Below, piece by piece: positions 48,953 through 60,692 of a stretch of 64,000 nucleotides of DNA. A model generated the notes under the pieces. That model was not told the origin of the DNA. It saw only the letters and a list, made by a program, of their open reading frames with translations, and ran no database searches. The stretch is from Azolla caroliniana (Eukaryota > Plantae > Polypodiophyta): NCBI GenBank assembly GCA_043228905.1, contig JBHGNT010000020.1, forward strand, positions 15,438,001-15,502,000, in the 5' to 3' direction. A program made the translations under genes and the position numbers. Position 1 is the stretch's first letter. Each line of letters begins with the position of its first letter.

Positions 48953-51544
48953 AGAAAGTCAAGTAAACTTAAAAAATAATCGCCATACACTCCACTACTT
49001 TAGATGCCTCATAGTGCTTGAAAAGCATGCCGTTTACACTTACACTTAATCCTGGCTCATTGGCATAGTAGGTAGGCCCAATACCCTTCTATTCCAAGCT
49101 TAGTGGTAAGGAAGACTTCAAACTTAGGTTATGTAATCTACATCATTGGGATTTTAGGTTATGGGAACCTTGACATTTTGATTTCCCAAAACAACTAAAG
49201 AACTCAACAAATGCGATTATGATTCTTGTTAGATCATGAGTGCGCCATAGGTGCAACTACATGGCTATGCAAATCAATAAAATCCCACACCAATTAACCC
49301 ACAATTCATGCTTAAATTTAGATAAATCAGGTAGACTAACTCATTATAAGAAGATAATTATGAAGACAATCATGGAGTCCACAATTACAAAGAAGTTGAA
49401 AGCAAAGGAGAGTTAGACGGAATGATAAGATTCAACAGATTTTCCCTACTCATGTTGCATCAAACCAACCACCTCTAACCTCCCCAATCCTCCTTCGTTG
49501 CTTAACTTAGCCTTTGCTTTTATTTATTTATGTATGGTCGCCCAATTCAATGCAATTGGCTGTTTTTTAACCTTCACGCTTTCTTTTAAAAAATTTGATT
49601 TTTTTGTCTAAAGGATATTCAAAAAACCATTTACTTTAATCTCGGTATGGAAGCAAGAGCTATTGCACCATATAATGATTGAGCAAATTCCCCACCCCTT
49701 ACTATCACTTCAAATTAGCCATGTTGCCATGGAAAAGACATTGCAAGATAAAGAATATATCCAAATACAAATGATACTCATAATCCAAGCTACTTAGGAA
49801 CTATAGGAACTTGAGTTTTCTCCACGTAAACTCGTGATCTACAAACAACATCGGAGCATGTAGAACTGCAGCACAATTTAAAAGTTCATGCAAAGTTGAA
49901 TCAAATGCACACGAATAATCGTGCTTCTAAAGAAGGCAAGATAAGAGAATACCTAAGAAGGAACCATGAGACACCTAAACAAACATTAAATTCATGTTCT
50001 CTCTCTTAAACTTCTCAAAGATAATGAAAGAGTTTAACTCAAGGAGCGATTTCACCCACATCCACTGAAGTTAAGCATACATTAATGAAAGAAAAGCGAA
50101 ATCACACAATTAGCAAAGAAATGAGAAATCATGCACATTCTAGGCATTCAATTCATCCAAGAGATTGACCTCAATAGAGTCGACATGATTCCTTTGGCTA
50201 TTACAAGTTTGGCATTATGCTTGGGCTATAGCTTGCGTGTTAGGTGACTTTTTGCATCCAAAATGAACATCTAATTTGGCTCGGACTACTCGAGGGTGAC
50301 ATATTATGTGAATTGTGCATGTACCCAAAAGAGTTTGAGATGTATGCTACTATCACTTTTGATGAGACTTACATCAAAGCCACTCACCAAACATCGAAGA
50401 CCATTACCAAACAATAAATATCATGAGGGCAACACAAACAACAATGCCAACAATAATGATCCTACCTCACCCCCTTCCATCCATCCTCACGAAAATTCGC
50501 CACCGCATTCCCCCACTAAAGTAGACCAAGGCTCGTTCCTTTCGCCCCCCTTCCAACACCAATCCTATTCATTTCCCACCAATGAATCATACTTTTCGTT
50601 ATCTTGAAGCTTAGCATTGTTCCCACCCTCTTCACACCTCCTCGACTCAAGACTCCCCCCATTTGGCCCATCTAGATATTCTCATATCTCTATCCATCAA
50701 GGGCATAATGACCCCCTCTCCTCACCCACGAACCTTAACCACTTGTCTAGGCCCCCATCAATTCCTTCTAAGCATCAACCTTGCAATCATATTTCCTTTG
50801 TTGAGTATTTAATGCAATAATTGCGCCCTCAAAGTTCATAGAGACCCAAAACGTTGCTTTCAAGTTTCACTACTTCAATGTTCATTGATATGTATATCTC
50901 CGGATTTGATCCTTGAACATGAAATCCCAGTCTCCTTTGTCCCACTTGAGTCATTGATTTCTGGAAGAAGTCCTTTGGTTGAGTTGTTGACTTTGACTTT
51001 GGGGTGTAATCAAGTGCCTCATTGCCCTTTACACCTAGTCATGCTAAATAATACCCTATCTCCACTTTGACTTTGGATGTGGATAGGCTGCAGACATATC
51101 ACTCTCTTGGCCATGGAACGAAATAATTTTGTATCATATAAACCAAAATACAATCAACACTAGAGACTAGAAAATCAAATCGATATGTTTTAGGATATCA
51201 ATAATATATATTTTGGCCCATATTTTATAACGGACAATTAAAAAGCTTTTCTCTTTTCTAAAGTAAGAAAGCGAAATTTGCATTTAGTATGCGAAACTGT
51301 GATGTGACAAATGTATTATTGTTTCCAGATGGACATATCCCGGAAGACGTGTGCTTTTCCTCTGAAATCCCGGCGGAATTCCTCGACACTATATACTCAA
51401 AAACAAAAACAAAAAAAAACAAAAACAAAAAGAGGGAGACGTGATTGTGCGCGTGTCTCTCTCTCTCTCTCATCCTCATTAGGGGGAGAGAGATTGATCC
51501 GTTACACTACAATGTCCCCCCAAACTTAGCTAGCTCTCTAGTAT

Positions 51545-51901
51545 ATATATATACATACATACATACAATACATACATACATAAGACAGACAGACAGACAG
51601 ACAGACAGACACACGTACCTGATGACCTCATTCCGCTCTATGGGTTAGCTAGCTACGTAGGTACTACGTACGTGAAACATACTCCTAAACTCCCTCTCTC
51701 TCCACCAGCAATCTCGATACTGCTGAAAGCATACATACGCTTACAATTCTCTCCACGATTTTTGATACCTCCTGGGAGCATCCAGATTCCATACAACACA
51801 CCTGGTAGTCAAAAAGTAAGTGGCTCTCTGTATGACTGTGTGTGTGACTCTCATGTACATAGCTGGTCCCTAACGAATACAGGTACCTATCTATACATAC
51901 A

Positions 51902-51936
<35 letters not shown>

Positions 51937-51980
51937 TCATACATATGTATATGTGTACATCAATACGTACGTACGTATAT
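51545..51980. repeat. Cluster of (TACA)n, (CAGA)n and TACG simple repeats upstream of GPAT
   Basis: Directly visible, e.g. a TACA run at ~51893-51930 and a CAGA run at ~51586-51611. Confidence 0.85.
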
Positions 51981-52660
51981 ATGGGCATCCAATACATCAT
52001 CCATCATATACCATACGGGTGAGAGAGTTCCGGCTCCCAAATTCTCCCCAACGAATGAATTCTCGTCTATATTTATTTTCTTAGTACTTCGTATATACAT
52101 ACATATATGTACATACATGTAGTGTACTACTACTTTACTACCTACATGCCTTGTCCTTCTTCCCCCTAGGATGCATACCCAATTAGTACGTACACGGATA
52201 GGAGGAAGAGGTAGTTAGGTTACAACTTACTACTACTGGTTCCCTTCCTTATTCACCCACACCCTCCCCATTTTTACCCTTTACCTCAAGTACGCTTCCC
52301 ATGAAAGAAAAAGAGTAAGCATTTATATATATATATATATATAGAATTCTATTTCTGTCTTCCCCAATCTGTTTCTAAAGTTTCAATTAATGGTTCTTCC
52401 CGACGAACACACATCCACCTGTAACTAACTAAGGCACAGGTTCTACAGAACCTAGCTCCGATCCCTTAGCTCTCATTTACAGTCTCTATCCTCTTATAAC
52501 ATAGCTCTACATCCACTAATTTTCATTATCATCTTGACTAGTTTTATCCAGTGACTCCTTAGAGCACAATATTGCCCCTGTTTTCTAGCTTAATTTGTTG
52601 TGTTTATATACACATATGCATTGCTTCCACCTCATCCAGTCCTTTTGCCTCTACTTTCAG

Positions 52661-54860
52661 GCATGCCTCTATGACACTGGCAAACTCAGGCATGTACTAT
52701 TATTCCAAGATCCATGTGATTATGAGCCAAACAAAGCTGCCACACTGATCTTCCCGTGTGCAGAGATGTGTAATCCAGCGGACCGCACAAAGCAGTGGGT
52801 GGTGGCGGACCTTGAAGGAACACTGACCAGGTCCAAGAGGTCATTTCCTTATTATATGCTTATCGCCATTGAGGCTGGGAGTCCTTTCCGAGCATTACTG
52901 CTGTTGATTTTGTCACCATTCATATGGATGGTGCAAACTATTGTATCGGAAAACCTAGGAATTCAGATGCTCATCTTCATCTCCACAGTGGGTGTGAGGG
53001 CATTCGATGTGGAAAGTGTTGGGAGGGCCGTGTTATGTAGGTTTTATCTTCAAGATCTGCACCCTCAGGCTTATCAAGTGTTTGTATCATGTGGGAAGCG
53101 ATGTGTGGTTACTGCAAGTCCCAGGATTATGGTGGAGCCATTTCTGAAGGATTTCCTGGGAGTGGAGCACATTCTTGGGACTGAGCTTCACACCATCAAG
53201 GGGTTCTGCACTGGGTTTGTGCAAGCTCCGGGTGTTCTTGTGGGTCACAAAAAGAGAGATGCTCTCAGGGGCATGGACATATTGAGACAGCAGCAGCAAT
53301 TTGATGTTGGGATTGGCAATCACCCGAAAGACTGTTATTTTCTTTCATTATGCAAGGTATGCAAGTTAAGTTCTTACTTCTAATTTAAATATACTGATCT
53401 GTCTCTGTTCTGAACAATTAAAGTTGTCCTCTGAGATGAGTGGCATGAATATGAGGAAACGAAAACTGCTTGAACTTCTTTGCCTATTCATTTTTAACAC
53501 AGCTAAAGAGATGATAGAGACAGAGATCAATGCCTTTTAGAGGAAAAAGATGATGGCCCATGAGATCCATTTTGACCTTACAATTTACAACTAAATTTGT
53601 TCTCATCTTATAACCTTGGGAGAGAAATCCAATGGATGTAGCTTAGTTGGTATGGTGTTTGCCAAAGACTTGATGGTCATGCATTCAACCCCTACACTCT
53701 GTAGTGTGGTCTAGTTAGTTAAATAGTGCATATACTGTTATTTGAACCAGTCTGATAAGAAAATGGCCTGCCAATTAGGGTAACGCCCCAGAGAGATAGG
53801 TATTAGAGAATATGCATCTACAACACATGCTTCCAGGGCTTCAATGTGAATGATGATGATATGTAGTTTGTGTACCACTGACTAGACAGCCGGTTACACT
53901 TAAATAGTGCATCAGCAATATGGAAGTGTGGTTTGAGAAGGAACCTGTCAAACTAATGATGGTAAATTTGTTGGTGATATGCAGGAAGCATACATGGTTA
54001 CATGTGAACAACAAGTACATTCGGTGCCAAAGGAACAGTATCTCAAACCATTGATATTTCACGATGGCAGGCTGGTCAGAAGACCCACAGAGCTGACATG
54101 CTTGTGTGTATTTTTGTGGTTGCCAATCGGCTTTTTACTGGCAATCCTTCGAATATGTGTGTGGATATTCTTACCAGTGAATTTAGCACTACCATTATTT
54201 GCACTGTTAGGTGTACGAATAAGAGTACAATCTCCTGCATCATCATCATCAGAAAGATTGGCATTGAGAGACCAAAAGGGAGTTTTATTCGTGTGCACAC
54301 ATAAGACAGTTATGGATGGTATGGTGCTATCTATGGCAGTCGGTAAGAAGACAGCAGTAGCCATCTATAGCGTAAGTAAGTTTGTAGAGGCACTTACACC
54401 CACGAGGACAGTAAGGTTGGTGCGGGATCGGGTACGAGATGCAGAAGCAATGAGGAAAGTATTGAAGAATGAAAACCTCACAATTTGTCCGGAAGGAACC
54501 ACATGCAGGGAGCCTTATTTGCTCAGGTTTAGCTCTCTCTTTGCAGAGCTGAGTGATACTATTGTGCCTGTGGGATTGAATGTGCATCAGAGCTTGTTCC
54601 ATGGGAGCACAGCACGAGGCAACAAAATCATGGATCCCTTGTTCTTCTTCATGAACCCCTCCCCAATGTACACTGTGAACATCCTCATGCCCTTGACGAA
54701 AGAAGAATCATGTGCCTCAGGAAGATCTGCATTTGAAGTCGCAAACTACATCCAGATGTTGCTGGGTCTTGTCATGGGTTATGAATGTACACAATTCACG
54801 AGAAAGCATAAATATCGTATTCTGGCTGGCAACGATGGCATTGTTTCCTCATCCAACTAA
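52661..54860 (+). CDS. GPAT: Glycerol-3-phosphate sn-2 acyltransferase (GPAT4-8-like, cutin/suberin type)
   Basis: Exons 52661(?)-53356 and 53985-54860. HAD-like domain: VVADLEGTLTRS..SFPYYMLIAIEAGS, VVTASPRIMVEPFLK, VLVG..K. Acyltransferase domain: PLIFHDGRLV, CTHKTVMD, CPEGTTCREPYLLRFS.LFAELSD, DP.FFFMNP, TRK.KY.ILAGNDG. The start codon is uncertain (upstream exon or the ATG at 52766). Confidence 0.92.
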
Positions 54861-55504
54861 AAGTAGTCTTTGTGGAGGATGGGCATTTTTGTTTTTGCTA
54901 GTTACCGCAACTGCATTCTATTTATTCCTTACGGTGAATACCAAACTCACTTGATTCTTTGGATTGGAGGCTAGCACAGGATTTTTCAATATCAACATTA
55001 TTTCGTGGTTTCCTCCCAGCATTGTCGGGTAGTTTTCCGATATAATTAAGAGAATAACAGAATTATGTATAAATGGCCCCCTTCAAATGGGAGAAATTTC
55101 TGCATTTCTATTGTTTCCTGTTGTGTTATATAACTTCATGGGTGCATTATGTTCTCTCTTGTTGGATATAATCAGCTATATATGCAAGGGAAATACATCT
55201 CTCTAGATCAATGGGAAGCAAATTCTTGCACATGGGGCCATGTTAATCAGCTACACATTAACATGTTACCAAATGTGTATCTTTAATACAATCGAGCTGA
55301 CCATGTCTCATGGATCCTTGAGGTTGGCCTTGCTTCCTGTCTTTTTGTCATTGTGTAAGCAGGTGTTAGAATTTTTATTTTTGAGAACAAGCTATAAGAT
55401 GTACATTGTTTCAGCTTTCATCTCTTGAACAAGCTCTTAGTTAGATGTATATTGTTTTGCTTTCACAGGTCTCACATCGGCCTTTTTAGAGACTTTGATA
55501 CATT

Positions 55505-55508
<4 letters not shown>

Positions 55509-55537
<29 letters not shown>

Positions 55538-55588
55538 GGGCCAATTTTGGCCTTAGAAGTCGTTAATATATCTTTCTTTCTCTCTCTG
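55509..55588 (+). mobile_element. Ultra-short LINE 3'-end insertion within a (CT)n microsatellite
   Basis: (CT)n, then CATGGGCCAATTTTGGCCTTAGAAGTCGTTAATATA, then TCTTTCTTTC(TC)n. Nearly identical to 12879-12950. Confidence 0.65.
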
Positions 55589-58500
55589 TGTGCATATTGT
55601 TTTTCGGCTTTGAATCGTGATGTGGCTATCAAGCTTCTACAATTGTAGCTTTCAGGTGTATTTACCCTATAACATTGTAGAAACTATCAACAAATAAGAG
55701 GACATCACATGATATCATGTTTATTGGTCGCATATGACATTTCAGGCATAGTCGTTTTCCAGGTTTGAACCAGCAGACGCATAACTTTGTAGCTTTCAGT
55801 TGTACTTTATAAGACTATGGCGATAAGTAGAAACTGTCAACAACCGGATGACATATTTGAGATACAGGTAATTGGCTTTTAGCATTTAATGTAGAGAGTA
55901 TGTACATAAATAAAAAGGTAAACCGCCTGATATTAGATAATGTGGTCTGTCTACACCAGAGAATGCTCAAAATCTCACCCTAAGTCTACAAGCGTTTTGA
56001 CACACGCGTATATGTAAGAATTTCTTGTTAAAAAAATAAAAGAAAATCTCTACGCTCGCACAGGTCACATGTGCCATTACAAATCTGAAAAATACGCCAC
56101 TGCATCCATCACCGGAGGCAAACCACTTGTGCAATTTACTCACATGTAAAGAGAGAGAGACAGAGAGAGAGAGAGATGGTAACCTGTGAATCCTTCTGAC
56201 GCTCCCATTTGGGGGGTAGAACATAAATGGCACCGTGTGACAGTCGAAAAGAATCAACGTCTCATTCATTGCACTTCTCTCTCTACCTTTCGTTCATTCC
56301 ACCTTCTCTCTCTCTCTCTCTCTCTCTCTCATACTCATATTTGTATTCAAGGCTTCCCGCGTCCTGCCACTTTTTTGGGGGTGGGGGTAAGAAAGGTGTG
56401 TATTATGTATGTATGTATGTATGTATGTATGTATGTATGTGTGTATGTATAGCTGTTGCTCGCTGCATGCGTTGACGCAAAACAAACAAACAATGGTGGG
56501 GTTGGAGTTCACTCACTGACTCGTCATCTGTCCATTCTGACTTTTGGAAGATATTGTCACTCTACACGAGGATTGAATTCACTTCGTTTAAAAATGCGAA
56601 AAAACTGTGAGTGACAACGCTAGCTTCTATGTCAAAATCTGTCCGCACCTCCTTTAAACAATACATGTAACATGATGCTTAGGCTGTGGGTCTATTCTTG
56701 TTTGTCCACATAAATCCGAGGCACGTCTCTAAAAACTTTTTCGGTGTCTCCATTACATATTCAATGTTTGACTTTTGCTTATCATTGGCTCATAAATCTT
56801 ATGGTTTATACACATTCTATCAATTGTCTATCACTTCAAACAATTGTAATTTTTAGTCACCCATATGTATGTTGTAAGTACAATTCTAATTGTAGGAGTA
56901 GAGGTGTATTAATGTCTTCAAAGAGGCCAATGTTGCCTATGAAAGCAAAACAATGTACCAAACGCTTGTTTGTCAATCAAGAACTGAAAAATAATAAAGT
57001 GTATAGCTTGTTTCATTGTCTGGAAATGAAAATGAATAAAATGGAGATATCAAAAGTAAACTTGATCTGTTGACCCAACCATAAACCCACATGGGACCTT
57101 CCATCTTGATTGGATTGCCACACTTTGTTCATTTTTGGTGTATCCTAACTGTAAGAGCTCCAAGCTACAACTCTTTCCAATGCAATCACTTAAAACATAC
57201 TATGGAATCTGCCTTAGATACATAGTATATAGCACAACAACAAATGTTATGCTTCTCTCATATAGCTAGAATAGCATATTGTTGCTTTGTCTAATCTCTC
57301 ATAACCATGGCGTTGTGAGAGCCTCCTTGAACTTCTTGTTGTTTTCTTGTAGGCTTGGGAATTGTAGGCGCTCCACCTATTTAACCACCTCATTTATGAT
57401 AAAAATTCTAACTCTGTTTGGAAACGTTGTCTCGAAGATTTGCGCGTGCGTGTGCTACTCGAGCGACCACTGGGGTCTTGGACTGGGGAGGACATTTGCG
57501 GAATTATCGAAGAGATGACGATCAATGTAAGATTGGATGAACTTTGTTCACTTGAGAAGAAGAAAGATTCTACACTTGAGAAGTAGAAAAATATGAAGAA
57601 GATAAAGACAAATATAATTATATTGATGATAGTGGTGTTGGCGCACATGCACAACCGCCGAAGTCTCTAGAATAGGTGTGGGGATATCCTTTCGTCCTCG
57701 ATCTTCTTCCTCCTTGTGTTGGGCCTTCGTCTTCCCGTCACCACCTTCCGTCTCTCCGGTCTCACGTTGACATATGGGCGCAACCACCGAAGTCTCTGGA
57801 ACAAGTGTGGAGAAAGTCTCGACATGGCTATCCGTCGTCGACTCGTCCATAGCCACCTCCGACTCGATGTCGTTTGTCATGGCTACCTCCTCAACCACGT
57901 CGGACTCAAACACTCTATCTCCCTTGATCATGCAAGCTTTTCTCATGCTTGCACCTTCATCACTCGATGTTTCGTACACAATGTGTGTTCTGAAACATTT
58001 ATCCTCCCTCGAAGTGGCGTTCGCCGTCCTTGAATCATCGGCCTCCTCCTTGGCCGTTGTTTCTTCGTAAGACAAGAAGGTGACTTGTTTCGCACCTTCT
58101 CTCTCGGTACCGTCATACCGAACCTTAGCTTTTGTATTGACCACTTCATTAACCTGCATTTGTTGGGAGGTCTCTTCTTCCTCGATTACCATTCGCCTCG
58201 GTTTTGTCTCCCTTTTAAGCTGCATTTCTTTTGTTGGTGGCGCGTTGCTGCATCTCGTCCCTCTTCGATCGTCCCTCATGGCTCGTCTTGTTGTCATCGA
58301 TATTCTCGCTCGCCCCTTATCGTGTAGTCGCCATACACTTTCCACTTTGCTCGAATCCTCGATGAGGCCATTTGCACTGTCATCTTCTTTGAGTTTGAGG
58401 CTGATGACCATCCTTTCCATTCGATCGATTGACTTCACGAACATAAGGACCTTATCGACCCCCACCAATCTTTGTTCCCGCTCTTAGAGTTGAGAAAAAC

Positions 58501-59236
58501 GACGCTCGAAGTCTACGAATGCTTGTGCCGCGCCTTGGTGGGTCTTCGCCGATGTCACCCATTGGTCAAAGTTGCGTCGATCTCGTCCCTTCAGTCTCTC
58601 ATAGCCATATTCCTCCAATAGAGCCTTCTCGAAAGTCGCCCACGAATCATGAGCTTCTAGAAGCTCTTTTACATCTTTGAAGATCGGTTGAGACACCACC
58701 CGACAAAAGTACTCTAGCCTCATAGCTTCGTCCACACCTCTTGAATCCATCTCCGCATTGTAGACTTTTAGAAAACTTTGGACTTCGGCGCCGTTGAAAT
58801 AGCTCACTCGCTCAACTACCCTCTCGACGGCTTGTTGGGCTTCATTTCGTCTTTTCCCTTCTCTCAGAAACTCCATCATCCTTTTTGACATTGCCTCCAT
58901 GAGATATTCAACATCCATCTTCGTCCTCCCATGTTGCTCTTCACGTCGGGTTCACCAAATAATGTCGCAAAGATTCGCGCGTGCGTGTGCTACTTGAGCG
59001 ACCACTGGGGTCTTGGACTAGGGAGGACGTTCGCGGAATTATCGAAGAGATGACGATCAATGTAAGATTGGATAAACTTTGTTCACTTGAGAAGAAGAAA
59101 GATTCTACACTTGAGAAGTAGAAAAATATGAAGAAGATAAAGATGAATATAATTATATTGATGATAGTGGTGTTGGTGATATCACATATTGAGCCCCCCT
59201 TTACACAAGCTCCACTAGGGTTTTTATAGCTCTCTT

Positions 59237-59565
59237 CATGCACAAAACCGTGGGTTTAGAACCATGGTTTTGGGGACACGGTTTTGCTTATGACATGCAC
59301 AATCCATGGGTTTAGAACCATGGTTTTGGGGACATGGTTTTGCTTATGACATGCACAATCCATGGGTTTAGAACCATGGTTTTGGGGACACGGTTTTGCT
59401 TATGACATGCACAATCCATGGGTTTAGAACCATGGTTTTGGGGACACGGTTTTGCTTATGACATGCACAATCCATGGGTTTAGAACCATGGTTTTGGGGA
59501 CACGGTTTTGCTTATGACATGCACAATCCATGGGTTTAGAACCATGGTTTTGTGCACATGGTTTT
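59237..59565. repeat. 56-bp tandem array (5 full copies and 1 partial) inside the LTR
   Basis: CATGCACAATCCATGGGTTTAGAACCATGGTTTTGGGGACACGGTTTTGCTTATGA starts at 59237, 59294, 59350, 59406, 59462 and 59518. Confidence 0.95.
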
Positions 59566-59627
59566 CTATGGTTGTTTCGTCTATAATTCGTATATGAAAA
59601 GGAAATACATAAAATCTACATTATATA

Positions 59628-59697
59628 ATAGTTGTCCTAGTGGTAAGGCAAACATCTTGTATCTTAGCGGTGCAAGGTTCAAACCTTGCTTGCACCC
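59628..59697 (+). other. tRNA-derived segment with Pol III A and B boxes (SINE head or tRNA relic)
   Basis: A-box-like TGTCCTAGTGG at 59633-59643. B-box GGTTCAAACC at 59676-59685 within the hairpin GCAAGG-TTCAAA-CCTTGC. No intact anticodon or acceptor stem. Confidence 0.55.
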
Positions 59698-59976
59698 CTC
59701 TATATGAACTCAAGTGCCACTAGTAAGGACTTAGGCTTATTTGCTAAGTGCATGTGCAATGTTGCACATCCTTGGTTTATTCGTCTCACTTGGTTTCACA
59801 CAGTAGTTGAAAATCGTCACGACAACGTATGTTGTGCCTCATTGATGTTGCATATGGACCTAATGTGGTTACATGGGGAAATGTCTTTTGGATGGATGTA
59901 AATGTGGATAAGCATAATTATGAAAGGAAAAAAAATATTATTTACCCTTCAAAGTAGGGGAAGGCAAGTCAAGGAT

Positions 59977-60356
59977 CATTGTTGTAGAATACTTAGCATA
60001 AAATACGTGTAGAATACGGTATTCTAAGTATTCTACAAATATTCTAACTATTTTTTTAAAATACTTAGAATACGTATTTTATATATAAAATACGTTAATT
60101 ATGTTAAATACTTAGAATACTTGTAAAATACATTAAATACTTCTTAAAGTTTAAAGTTTAAAAAAAAAAAACAAATTAAAACTTTTTTGAAATGATAAAT
60201 ACTTGTTAAATACGTAGAATACATCAAATTTTTAGAATACGTAGAATACGTCAAATTTTAAAAAACAGTAGTTCTAAAACGTAGAATATGTGTAGAATAC
60301 TTCAGAGTGTTCTAAACCGTATCTAAACATAGAATACACATTTTTTAACAACTATG
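59977..60356. mobile_element. Non-autonomous hAT-type MITE (~380 bp)
   Basis: Terminal inverted repeats CATTGTTGT / ACAACTATG. 8-bp flanks TCAAGGAT / TTAAGGAC (6/8 match). Many internal TAGAATAC / GTATTCTA subterminal motifs. Confidence 0.75.
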
Positions 60357-60399
60357 TTAAGGACGTACTATATTTAGGCTCAAATCAATTGAATTTAGA

Positions 60400-60690
60400 T
60401 GCCACAGTATGGGCAACGATATCATCGATGATTTTGTGGAATATATCGATGCAAAAATGTGTTTCAGCCAATAAAGCAAAATCTTGTTCATTATGTGAAG
60501 GAAAGCTGGTTGATGCTTATTTCAACTTTAAAAGGTCAATATGACTCCTTCATTGGTAATGAAGATACCATTTTTCGTAAACCACGGTCCTTTAAAAGCA
60601 AGTGGAAGGATTCGTTTGTCTTTATGGAGAGAAATGACAAAATGGTTTGGCAATATCTACTCCCTCGATGGTTGTTTCCTCCATAGGTGG
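60400..60690 (+). mobile_element. L1-like ORF2 C-terminal fragment
   Basis: ILWNI...ESWLMLISTLKGQYD...W.Y..P.WL resembles the proteins at 10271 and 20542. Confidence 0.55.
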
Positions 60691-60692
60691 AG

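Larger units (their letters stand above)
57428..59824 (-). mobile_element. Internally deleted, gag-only Trp-primed Ty3/gypsy element related to 22455-29470
   Basis: 5' LTR at 59824-58963 (TGTCGTGAC...TGCGACA). PBS at 58957-58940 is identical to that of the large element. Gag ORFs 58918-58484 and 58468-57650 are homologous to its gag (FNGAEV..FL..Y.AEM, W..FE..LLE.YG, VLMFVKSID). Only the last ~214 bp of the 3' LTR remain (57428-57641). Perfect ACGT TSD at 57424-57427 and 59825-59828. Confidence 0.9.

Noticed and set aside
14494-54860. SSL + GPAT + GT31 as a biosynthetic or spore-wall gene cluster
   Set aside because: The genes are separated by tens of kb of TEs and unrelated genes (Pif1, PPRs). 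The sequence gives no evidence of a shared pathway or co-regulation.
55640-55860. Two diverged ~60-bp repeats (GTAGCTTTCAG...GTAGAAACT(A/G)TCAACAA)
   Set aside because: Probably DNA-transposon subterminal debris, but no ends or TSD could be defined.
59237-59565. CRISPR-like array (also considered for 63353-63597 and 864-1227)
   Set aside because: The units are head-to-tail with no unique spacers, the context is eukaryotic, and there are no cas genes.
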